This document shows, one piece after another, positions 1-7,155 of a stretch of 32,000 nt of DNA (its first letter is position 1; each line of letters opens with the position of its first letter). The DNA is from Cupriavidus necator (GTDB lineage Bacteria > Pseudomonadota > Gammaproteobacteria > Burkholderiales > Burkholderiaceae). The notes beneath the pieces were generated by a model. It saw only the letters and a list, made by a program, of their open reading frames with translations, had not been told where the DNA came from and searched no databases. Position numbers and translations under genes: made by a program. The stretch is taken from NCBI RefSeq assembly GCF_016127575.1, contig NZ_CP066020.1, forward strand, positions 180,001-212,000, written 5' to 3'.

Positions 1-333
1 TCCCTGGCCATCGAATCTGTCACCCAGCTTTGGCAACTGGCCAAAGAGAAGAAGGGGGAGGATCTGGTTGACGCGCACCTCCGGTCAGCGAGCGGGAACA
101 AACTCACTTTGCCCGAAATCGAGAAGCAGCTGTATGTGGATAGGGTGATCACTAATGAAGCGCGGCTCGCTCTCGGCCAGGCCTCACGCAATAGCAAGAA
201 TCCCTGGTTTAAGAGCGTTACGGCCATGGAGGAAGTTGGCTTCACAATTGTCGGGCCAGGGTTCGAGAGCGCTGAGCCCGCCTTTGGCACTGAGGTGGCT
301 AAACTGTTCCAGTGGTGTCACCACCATGGCTAA
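1..333 (+). CDS. 3' end (about 110 codons) of an unidentified gene entering from upstream of the window; translationally coupled to the downstream helicase
   Basis: Frame 1 is open from nt 1 to TAA 331-333; the ORF track only lists it from the internal Met at 109. Its stop overlaps the helicase start (ATGGCTAA, 326-333). The visible tail has no diagnostic motif. A nuclease/ATPase partner role is inference from the helicase pairing only. Confidence 0.5.
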   Translation, partial: SLAIESVTQLWQLAKEKKGEDLVDAHLRSASGNKLTLPEIEKQLYVDRVITNEARLALGQASRNSKNPWFKSVTAMEEVGFTIVGPGFESAEPAFGTEVAKLFQWCHHHG

Positions 334-1744
334 TTATGACCTTGACCTTCTTGAACTAGCCGGCGCGCGGGTAGAAGCGCCGGCCGGTTGCGGCAAGACG
401 CAGATGCTGACGAATGCCCTAATGCGTCACGGGCAATCCAAGCCGATCTTGTTGCTCACCCACACCAACGCGGGCGTGGCCGCGCTGCGCAAACGTCTTG
501 AGCATGCTCGGGTGGACCCGAGCCGATACCGGCTCGGGACTGTGGATGGCTGGGCGATGAAGCTGGTCGCGACGTTCCCGGCGCGCGCGGGCATCGACCC
601 GGCGCTCCTTGCCGCCCTACGGCCCGACTACAACGCCATCCGCGAGGCCGCGGCACGGCTGCTGGCGGGAGGTCACGTGGGCGACGTGCTGGCGTCGAGC
701 TACGCGCGCCTCTGGGTCGATGAATACCAGGATTGCTCGGTCCGCCAGCACGCCATTATTCAGGCGGCTTCGGCATTTCTGCCAACCTGTGTTGTCGGGG
801 ATCCGTTGCAGGCAATCTTCGGTTTCGGCGGCGATCCGCTGGCATCGTGGCAGGACGACGTGTGTCGACATTTCCCGAGGCTCTTCACGCTCGATCGACC
901 TTGGCGCTGGATCAATGCCGGTGCAGAGGTCCTCGGTCAGTGGCTTTTGCAGGCGCGCCAGGTCTTGCTGAATCGGCAGCCGATCAACTTGGCGAGCGCG
1001 CCCCCCGCCGTGCAATGGGTGCAGCTCGATGGTTCGGCTGGGGATCACGCTCGCCTTCTCCAGGCAGCTGGCACCGCGGCGCCGCATCGGGACGGCACGG
1101 TACTCGTTATCGGCGACAGTACCAGTCCTCAGAGCCAGCAACGGATGGCAAGTCTTGTGCCGGGAGCCGTCACGGTCGAAGCCGTGGACTTGCGCGACTT
1201 GGTTGACTTCGCGACCGGTTTGCAGCTGGCAGCTCCGGAGGCGCTCAGGCGCGTCGTCGAATTCTGCGGCCGGCTGATGACCGGGGTCGGCGTTGCCGCA
1301 CTGCTGGAGCGAGTGGAAATCCTGCGGCGCGGCACAGCACGGCGAGAACCGAGCCTGGCCGAAGCCGCCGCGCTAGCGTTCGAAGCCGAACGCTCGCTAC
1401 CCGCCGTCAAGCGGCTCATTGAGGCAGTTCGCCAGCAGCCGGGGACACGAGTCTTTCGCCCTATTGTGCTGCGCGCCTGCTTGACTGCGCTCGACACCTC
1501 TAGTACAGGCGGCACGACGCTGCAGGAAGCCGCGATTCGGATTCGCGAGCAGGGCCGCATGCAAGCGAGAGCGCTGCCACGGCGGGCGGTGGGTAGCACG
1601 CTGTTGCTAAAAGGACTGGAGGCACACGTCGCGGTCGTTCTCGCTGCGGACACCTTGAACGCGTCAAACCTTTATGTCGCCCTGACGCGGGGCTCGACCC
1701 AACTGGTGGTGTGCTCACGCACTCCGCAACTGCTGGGACGTTGA
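326..1744 (+). CDS. Compact UvrD/Rep-superfamily-1-like helicase (about 472 aa)
   Basis: SF1 motifs read from the translation: Walker A EAPAGCGKTQ, Ia LLTHTNAGV, II WVDEYQDCS, III VVGDPLQAIFGF. The C-terminus has STLLLKGLEAHVAVVL and LYVALTRGSTQLVV, the UvrD_C-type ending. I place the start at ATG 326 (MANYDLD), not track position 155, because 155-325 overlaps the upstream gene in another frame. Confidence 0.8.
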   Translation: MANYDLDLLELAGARVEAPAGCGKTQMLTNALMRHGQSKPILLLTHTNAGVAALRKRLEHARVDPSRYRLGTVDGWAMKLVATFPARAGIDPALLAALRPDYNAIREAAARLLAGGHVGDVLASSYARLWVDEYQDCSVRQHAIIQAASAFLPTCVVGDPLQAIFGFGGDPLASWQDDVCRHFPRLFTLDRPWRWINAGAEVLGQWLLQARQVLLNRQPINLASAPPAVQWVQLDGSAGDHARLLQAAGTAAPHRDGTVLVIGDSTSPQSQQRMASLVPGAVTVEAVDLRDLVDFATGLQLAAPEALRRVVEFCGRLMTGVGVAALLERVEILRRGTARREPSLAEAAALAFEAERSLPAVKRLIEAVRQQPGTRVFRPIVLRACLTALDTSSTGGTTLQEAAIRIREQGRMQARALPRRAVGSTLLLKGLEAHVAVVLAADTLNASNLYVALTRGSTQLVVCSRTPQLLGR

Positions 1745-1804
1745 CCTCTCGGGAAAGGACGTGGCGGCCGTAGAATCGCGGATTCCTTTGCCTGCAATGC
1801 CAAT

Positions 1805-1834
1805 AAAAAAGCCCTGCAACAGCAGGGTTTTTTT
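1805..1834. terminator. Bidirectional rho-independent terminator
   Basis: AAAAAAGCCCTGC-AACA-GCAGGGTTTTTTT: a GC stem (1811-1817 / 1822-1828) flanked by an A-tract on one side and a T-tract on the other. It lies between the convergent helicase stop (1744) and the minus-strand ORF stop (1860). Confidence 0.75.
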
Positions 1835-1859
1835 ATTGAGCAAGCGCATCTACCAATCG

Positions 1860-2063
1860 TCAGCGACGTGCGCCGGCGTAGACGCTGAAGGGACCGTGTT
1901 CGGCTTCCCACTTGCGAGCGATCTCGGCACGCTTTTTCAACGCCTCCACGCTCATTTCCGGACGGGCGAACAGAGCGCGCACGCGCGCGACGGCGGCCGA
2001 ATCAGCCTCGTTCGGACGTCGAACCTTTGCAACAAGTCGAGGAGCGTTTGCCTTGCGATCCAT
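1860..2063 (-). CDS. Small hypothetical protein (about 67 aa, MDRKANAPRLVAKV...)
   Basis: Minus-strand ORF ending TGA at 1860-1862, about 30 nt before the terminator hairpin. ATG at 2063 has GGAA 8 nt upstream; the track ORF extends to 2102. No recognisable motif. Confidence 0.4.
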   Translation of the reverse strand: MDRKANAPRLVAKVRRPNEADSAAVARVRALFARPEMSVEALKKRAEIARKWEAEHGPFSVYAGARR

Positions 2064-2135
2064 GGTGCCGTTCCAATGTGTTGCCGAAAAGTGCTTCGGC
2101 ATTATCTCGGAATGTACATCCGTATGCCCTCGATT

Positions 2136-2663
2136 CTACCGGGTTTTCGCCGGCCGTGCCATCATGCTCACCGACCGACCGACCAGCTTGGCGGTGCGGT
2201 AGCCGTGCTGTTCATAATAAGGCACAACTTGTGCGAGTGGCTTATCAATCACTATCTGCGCCGAGTTGAAGTAGGCCGCGATGACATCAAGGATAACGTC
2301 GATGGCCACAAAGCCACGGCCCTTTAGGAAGTCGTCGGTCTTGTCTCGCTCCAGGAAGAGTAGCTTGGTCAGCAGGCCGCCCTTGGAAACCCGGATCAGA
2401 CTAAGAATGCAAACGATATCGCGAGTTCGAATGCCGATAAAGCAACTTTTTGTCGCCGAGCTGCATTTTTTCCGCGCGCCCTCCCAATTTAGCATCGGCT
2501 GGCTCGCCCACCCTCGCACGACTTCTGGCACGGCCGACGTATGAATAATTTCTGCCCGCGCGGCAGGGTCCTCGAACAGAGCATGTAGCGCTTCTTCCAC
2601 CTCGTCCAGCGCCTGTTGTACCTGTTCAATGAACCTCTTGCGGGCCTCAGATCGTGCTGACAT
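2136..2663 (-). CDS. Putative GNAT-fold N-acetyltransferase-like protein (175 aa)
   Basis: GGAG lies 5 nt upstream of ATG 2663. The C-terminal half has a GNAT-like pattern: a beta-strand run (ILSLIRVSKGGLLTKLLFLER), the loop FLKGRGFVAIDVILDVIAAYF where the Q/RxxGxG/A acetyl-CoA loop sits, and then VVPYYEQHGY. The match is by eye and imperfect. Confidence 0.45.
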   Translation of the reverse strand: MSARSEARKRFIEQVQQALDEVEEALHALFEDPAARAEIIHTSAVPEVVRGWASQPMLNWEGARKKCSSATKSCFIGIRTRDIVCILSLIRVSKGGLLTKLLFLERDKTDDFLKGRGFVAIDVILDVIAAYFNSAQIVIDKPLAQVVPYYEQHGYRTAKLVGRSVSMMARPAKTR

Positions 2664-2810
2664 AAGTCTCCAAAGTTAGCCGCCGCTTCGAAGCGCGGTG
2701 CCGTCGGGAATGGATTCTAACGAAGGAAGTGGGGCGGCTCGTGACGAATAAGCAACAGCTCGCTACGTTGGAAATTGCGGGCTTTTTTCGTCAACTTCAG
2801 CTCGCACGCT

Positions 2811-3120
2811 GCAAGCACAGAGCGAAGAGCAGGACAAAGAACAGGGTACGCTCCTCCCTCAACCCGGATGACGGCAACCGTGGCAACGACGGCAAGTGAC
2901 AAAGAGCGGGCGGACGCGATCCGCTTGATCCAGACCTAGATGGACGAACGCTGAACGAGTTGGAGGCGGGCGGGGTGCTTTGATCCGCCGCCACCCGCCC
3001 CTCCGCCGCCGGTCTGCTACCGCAACCCCAGGGCATGAGCTGGGACGGGCAGGGCGAGATGCCCGATTGGCTGCGGCGGGCGGTCAATGCCGGGCAGAGC
3101 GTGGAATTTTTCCTGGGCCG
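2811..3120 (+). pseudogene. Decayed copy of the kfrA-like 3' tail plus the H-NS-like gene (paralogous to 7830-8173)
   Basis: Nucleotide-level similarity to 7830-8173 is readable by eye. Examples: cggatgacggcaaccgtggcaacgacggcaag vs cggaagacggcagcgacagcagtgacgacagcaatgac, and gcgatccgcttgatcc vs gcgatccgctggatcc. The motif ggacgggcagggcgagatgcccgattggctgcggcgggcggtcaatgc is also shared. The copy is disrupted by an in-frame TAG (2937-2939), an in-frame TGA, internal deletions and a 1-nt deletion before the WDGQG motif. Track ORF 3035..3304 is the surviving C-terminal fragment (MSWDGQGEMPDWLRRAVNAGQSVEFF) running on into unrelated sequence. Confidence 0.7.
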
Positions 3121-3314
3121 AGAGTTGCAACCGGCTCTCCAACTTAAGGAGTCAGATTTCTGGCTGAGGCCGCTCCCGCGCAACGGGGATACAATATGTT
3201 GGGAGAATGAAGAATCCCATCACTACATATGGTATAAATGCGAGATGTGCGGACTTTGCTTGGGACTGACCCTGAGTGCAGATTTCACACGCGTGCCGCC
3301 TTAAGCGAGGAACA

Positions 3315-4127
3315 GTGTCTCTGCCGGACCTTCCCTTTCCATACGGTAAGCTTCAATTCCGACCAATCACCCGCGTGAGCGAAGCTTCGCGTGTTGTACT
3401 GGTGGGGCAAGTCTGTTCTCCTGTCTCACTCGCGCGCTTTAATGCGCACGTAAAGCTGCTTCCGGAGAAGGAATTCATTGCGGAGTCCGCGTGCGCGTGG
3501 CTGGCCAGACAGGTGGGACTGCCCGCGCCCGAAGCGATGTGGATCTGCGTATGCCGGAGCGCCTATCCAGCCGCGTGGCCGTATGGGGACGAGGACGTGC
3601 ACGTCTGTTTCGGCACCCGGTCCATAAGTAATGCGCTACCGCTTAAAGTTGAGTCTTCCACCGCCGGCTGGCTCTTCCAGCAAGATCGGGTCCTGCTCAT
3701 CGCAAAGATCGCGCTTTTCGATGAGTTAGTTGGCAACGACGACAGGCATCAAGGCAACCTCTTGCTAGGACCAACTGGCAACATTCTAGTGATTGACCAT
3801 GAGCGAGCCCTTGGTGGAACCGCTGCTGGGCTCTTCTCCAGTGACCTGATAGGTCCTAATCATCTTTTGGAGCTTGTCAGGGAGCTGCCTGCGAAGCAAA
3901 GGGCGGAGCTTAAAGCGCCACTTCTGCAGTTTGCGACCGCTTGCGCCGTTGCGGTTGATCGGCTACCGTTCGACCAGATCGCCGAAGCCAATCCGACGCT
4001 TAAAGAGGCGGCCAAACGATTCTTAGCAAAGCGCGCCGCGTCCCTGCACGACGTAGTGCTTCGGACTCTCGGCGTACCGGGTCTACCAGGTATTTCTGAA
4101 GTCCCCCTCCGATCCGCACCGCTATGA
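3315..4127 (+). CDS. HipA-like / PI3-4-kinase-like protein kinase-fold protein (about 270 aa)
   Basis: Catalytic-loop and Mg-loop pattern LVGNDDRHQGNLLLGPTGNILVIDHERAL (DRHxxN ... IDH), as in HipA/PI3K-type kinases. Upstream there is a candidate ATP lysine (HVKLL) and the ...ESACAWLARQVGLPAPE pattern seen in HipA-like proteins. Preferred start is GTG 3315, with GAGGAA 4 nt upstream; the track start ATG 3276 is the alternative. Confidence 0.65.
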   Translation: MSLPDLPFPYGKLQFRPITRVSEASRVVLVGQVCSPVSLARFNAHVKLLPEKEFIAESACAWLARQVGLPAPEAMWICVCRSAYPAAWPYGDEDVHVCFGTRSISNALPLKVESSTAGWLFQQDRVLLIAKIALFDELVGNDDRHQGNLLLGPTGNILVIDHERALGGTAAGLFSSDLIGPNHLLELVRELPAKQRAELKAPLLQFATACAVAVDRLPFDQIAEANPTLKEAAKRFLAKRAASLHDVVLRTLGVPGLPGISEVPLRSAPL

Positions 4128-5011
4128 ACCACCTTGTGTTGCACTTCGAACTGAATACACCTGCATCAGGCGTGGTCAGCGGCCAGGCTCGGCTCGCCAA
4201 TCTTGTTTTCGAGGCTTCCGGTGAGGCGTTGGCCATCGCGGTGCTCGGCCAATACTCTGATTGCACCCCATTCGCGCGAGTGGTGACGCCGAAAATTCTT
4301 AAGTGCCTGCCCCAGGAACTAGGTCATGCATGTCATACCTTCGGAACCCTACTGGTTGCTGACTACCTATCTTGGTCCAACTCGGGTAAAGAGTTCGCCG
4401 ACTGGCGCGCTCCGCTAGGTGGTATCCGTTTGGGAGAGCCTTTTGACATTGATGCTGAAGACGAAGAGGGAGTGGTCGTCAGAGCTCTTGATCGCTGCTC
4501 TTTGTATAGAGGACGCGTCGACTTGGCATCGAGAGCCGAGGAAACTGACCCTAGGCCTATACATGAAGCGCGCTTCGCCAAATCGGTGAAGGATGAGGTC
4601 TTGTCCGTGGCGCCCACTCTTGCACAGGGATTCAACAGAAGCTTCAGCCTAACTGGGACGACATCCGGCTTCTCCATAGACTATGTCGGCCACGCTTACG
4701 CTACTTGCTACGCTGCCATTAATCCGAAGGCTAAATCCATGGTAAGAAACAAGACGGCAGCGGCTGCTCTCTGGCGGCTTGCGCGCGCACGTGACGCTTT
4801 TGGATTTGCTACGCCGGAATCCATTGAGTTGACGGCTTGGATACCGGCGCCTGGGCAACCCATTTACTCAGACAGCGAGTATGCGGAAGTCAGCGATATT
4901 CTCTATGAACTGAGAGAACAGGCTAAGCGAGAGGATCTTCAAGTCTTTTCCGCTTACGATGCAAAGCGTGCTTGTAGCCGATTGCTTGCAGAGGAAGCCT
5001 TGACACATTAA
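4124..5011 (+). CDS. Hypothetical 295-aa protein, translationally coupled partner of the kinase-like gene
   Basis: ATG 4124 overlaps the kinase stop (ATGA, 4124-4127). Clean 888-nt ORF with a non-repetitive, mixed-composition translation. No motif recognised. Confidence 0.6.
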   Translation: MNHLVLHFELNTPASGVVSGQARLANLVFEASGEALAIAVLGQYSDCTPFARVVTPKILKCLPQELGHACHTFGTLLVADYLSWSNSGKEFADWRAPLGGIRLGEPFDIDAEDEEGVVVRALDRCSLYRGRVDLASRAEETDPRPIHEARFAKSVKDEVLSVAPTLAQGFNRSFSLTGTTSGFSIDYVGHAYATCYAAINPKAKSMVRNKTAAAALWRLARARDAFGFATPESIELTAWIPAPGQPIYSDSEYAEVSDILYELREQAKREDLQVFSAYDAKRACSRLLAEEALTH

Positions 5012-5015
5012 AGCG

Positions 5016-5079
5016 TTGCCTTCTGCTAGCAGCAGTTTCATGTAAGAAGCAACTTCGTTCGCAAGCTAATGTTTTTTTT
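5016..5079 (+). terminator. Possible terminator of the kinase operon
   Basis: Imperfect stem GTTGC(C)TTCT ... AGAAGCAAC (about 5016-5053) enclosing the 10-bp palindrome CTGCTAGCAG. A T8 run follows at 5072-5079. The T-run is about 20 nt from the stem, so the geometry is not canonical. Confidence 0.35.
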
Positions 5080-5363
5080 GGGTTGGATAGCCGGCCGCGC
5101 ACGGCTGACGGAGCGCCGACATCGAACTGGCAACCTGTGCATCGACTTGCTGCTCGTCCACTAGGCCGAGGACCTTTGCGCCTAGGTGCTATTTTTGACG
5201 CATGCGCGGCACGAAGCGATGTGTGATTTTGGTAATTTTCGGACGGAAGGAATATGGCCGGTCATCCCAATGTCCCCGAGCGAGCCCATGTTGGTGTCGA
5301 GCTGAGATTGACGTCATGGGCTGGTTGGCTCAAGCGCGACCACCGCGCCACATGTTCGAAGCT

Positions 5364-5388
5364 GGCGAGCGCAGTAGCGGCGCTCGCC
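5364..5388 (-). terminator. Stem-loop immediately after the stop of the 5397-5864 gene
   Basis: Perfect 9-bp GC stem GGCGAGCGC / GCGCTCGCC with a 7-nt loop, 8 nt past the TAG (5397-5399). There is no U-tract on the minus strand, so it is not an intrinsic terminator of canonical type. Confidence 0.4.
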
Positions 5389-5396
5389 GACTAATA

Positions 5397-5864
5397 CTAT
5401 GAGGTCGTCAACTTGGTACGCCAGAAGTCCAGAACACGATGAGCCAATTCCACAACTTCAATCTTTCCGCTTAGGGTCAGGCCGTTGTCCTCAACAAGCA
5501 GCACGTAGACCTCCTGCTCGAAGTACCCTGGCTCGACGTATCCGTCCTCCGCATAGCTCTCGTCCACAACATCCTCAATAAGGTCGTGGCGTGCATTGGT
5601 TAATTCAAAATGTTTTAGGCCATCTGCAATGTGGGCGCAGATTTTAAGTACAGGGTTTCCTGACCGCTCACTGACCAACCCTGCCCAGTCGGCGATATGG
5701 TGAGCTGTGACAAAGAAGTTGAAAGCAATCCAAGCGTCCTGTGGATTGGCCTCTAGTTTCGCGAGGTCATTTTCTGCCTTGAGCAAAAGATCACGAGCAC
5801 TCCGAAGTGCCAAGAAACCTGTCCGAGAAGGGGTGTAGTGAGCGATGACGTTTGGCTTGACCAT
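5397..5864 (-). CDS. Hypothetical protein (about 155 aa, MVKPNVIAHYTPSRTGF...)
   Basis: Minus-strand ORF. ATG 5864 is preceded by AGGAAA 4-5 nt upstream; the track start 5921 is a TTG. Composition is helical N-terminally (LLLKAENDLAKLEANPQDAWIAFNFFVTAHHIADW) with an acidic C-terminal half. No known motif recognised. Confidence 0.55.
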   Translation of the reverse strand: MVKPNVIAHYTPSRTGFLALRSARDLLLKAENDLAKLEANPQDAWIAFNFFVTAHHIADWAGLVSERSGNPVLKICAHIADGLKHFELTNARHDLIEDVVDESYAEDGYVEPGYFEQEVYVLLVEDNGLTLSGKIEVVELAHRVLDFWRTKLTTS

Positions 5865-6403
5865 TCGTTTTCCTATTATGGTGTGCGAGTCCTTTGTGGG
5901 GTAGTCGTACTTTTTGAGCAAAATCTGGCACTAGCCAACCGGAGAGCCGACTGCAGCAAGGCTTTGTGGCTACACTCACTTTGTAACGGCAGGCGTTGTG
6001 GCAAGCCCTTGATCCACATTGATTTTTGGAGCCAACCGCCAGATTTCGCACCAAAAGTACGATCACCCCCCAACGAGCTGCGCGCCTCTTTCTTTTGTCC
6101 ATCCGCAGTTCGTGATCTCGAGCGCTTTTTCCTCAATCCGCAGTGGGGCTCCCCCGTCAATGAGAATATCGGCGGCGGCACACTAACCTATCGCGCTGTG
6201 CAAGACCCTCGCGCACCGGAGCGGACATTCTGGCGCTTCACTATCTACGGTATCGTCATGGGACATGCGCCTGGGCGACCGGGCGTGCGGGCGGATGCGA
6301 TCTATGGCGTCTCAAATCCTCCGCGAGAATGAGAGTGCTGGCGCCGGGGCAGGTGCAAGCCAATCGCGGCCAAAATTCAGCCGACTAGCCGATCAGGGGC
6401 GCA

Positions 6404-6889
6404 ATGGAAACAATCGACGGTATCGATTTGAGCGGCTTCACGCCTGCGGTCACCATCAAGAGTCTCCACAACACCCGTTGCACCCACGTACCCACCGCAG
6501 CGGGCGTCTATGTCGTTGTCCGCACAGAATCTACCGCCCCGAAGTTTCTCTCAGAGAGCCGGGCTGGATGGTTCAAGGGGCAGCATCCCAGCTATCCGGA
6601 ACACATTGTTCGAGATAATTGGGTAGAAGGCGCCACGGTGATCTACGTCGGGAAGGCCTGCGGGCGCAACGGTCTTCGCCAGCGAGTGCGCCAACTGGTG
6701 GAGTTCGCCTACGGCAAAGCGATTGGGCATCGCGGTGGTCGACTGCTTTGGCACCTCGCGGAGTGGGAGGATTTGCAAATGCACTGGATGGAGTGCCCAA
6801 GCTTGGCAGCAGATGGCCTCGAAACCGAGTTGATCGGACAGTTCCGACAGATGTATGGCGATCGCCCGTTTGCGAACATGACGAAGTGA
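6404..6889 (+). CDS. GIY-YIG nuclease-superfamily protein (161 aa)
   Basis: Motif order typical of GIY-YIG domains: AAGVYVVV (GIY), VIYVGKA (YIG), LRQRVRQL (conserved Arg helix), then GLETELIGQF (catalytic Glu region) and ...PFAN. Confidence 0.7.
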   Translation: METIDGIDLSGFTPAVTIKSLHNTRCTHVPTAAGVYVVVRTESTAPKFLSESRAGWFKGQHPSYPEHIVRDNWVEGATVIYVGKACGRNGLRQRVRQLVEFAYGKAIGHRGGRLLWHLAEWEDLQMHWMECPSLAADGLETELIGQFRQMYGDRPFANMTK

Positions 6890-7021
6890 TAGTCAGACAT
6901 CCGCTACGGTTCCGTGTGCCTTCTAATTAGGAACTGTTGGCGGCGCTATGCTGTTGAAATGGCACAAGGCGACCTGGATTGATACCGCGAACGGCGTGAT
7001 CTCAAAGTCACGGTAGAGCCA

Positions 7022-7043
7022 GCCGCGGATCGATCAGCGCGGC
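7022..7043. repeat. GC-clamped GATCGATC-centred imperfect palindrome (site 1 of 3)
   Basis: GCCGCGGATCGATCAGCGCGGC. It shares the 14-mer GCCGCGGATCGATC with site 2 at 8195-8208. Function unknown. Confidence 0.6.
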
Positions 7044-7105
7044 GGCGAAAGGCGCAGCTGCGCTTCGTCGTAGGCCTTATGCGCCTCCGGCCAGGATAGA
7101 GGGTT

Positions 7106-7155
7106 GGCCGGGATTCCCAAAATATCTGAAGCTTCAGATATTTCGAATCCCGGCC
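7106..7155. repeat. About 50-bp near-perfect palindrome with an AT-rich core, at the 5' truncation point of the kfrA-like gene
   Basis: GGCCGGGATTC-CCA-AAATATCTGAAG|CTTCAGATATTT-C-GAATCCCGGCC. The 24-bp core (7120-7143) is a perfect palindrome centred on AAGCTT. The outer 11-bp arms (7106-7116 / 7145-7155) are also perfectly complementary. Confidence 0.85.

Noticed and set aside
155-325. N-terminal 57-codon extension of the helicase ORF in the track.
   Set aside because: The extension overlaps the open frame-1 gene tail and translates to Arg/Ser/Leu-rich junk. ATG 326 gives the typical short lead-in to the Walker A motif and an overlap with the upstream stop.
1860-2663. GNAT plus small ORF interpreted as a type II toxin-antitoxin pair.
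   Set aside because: The gene order is the reverse of known GNAT/RHH systems. The small protein shows no RHH/DUF1778-like sequence, and the GNAT call itself is only moderate.
5254-5394. 46-codon ORF (MAGHPNVPERAHVGVELRLTSWAGWLKRDHRATCSKLASAVAALAD) with GGAAGGA just upstream.
   Set aside because: The SD-to-ATG spacing is too short (2-3 nt). It has no motif, and its 3' end is simply the hairpin at 5364-5388. The evidence is insufficient.
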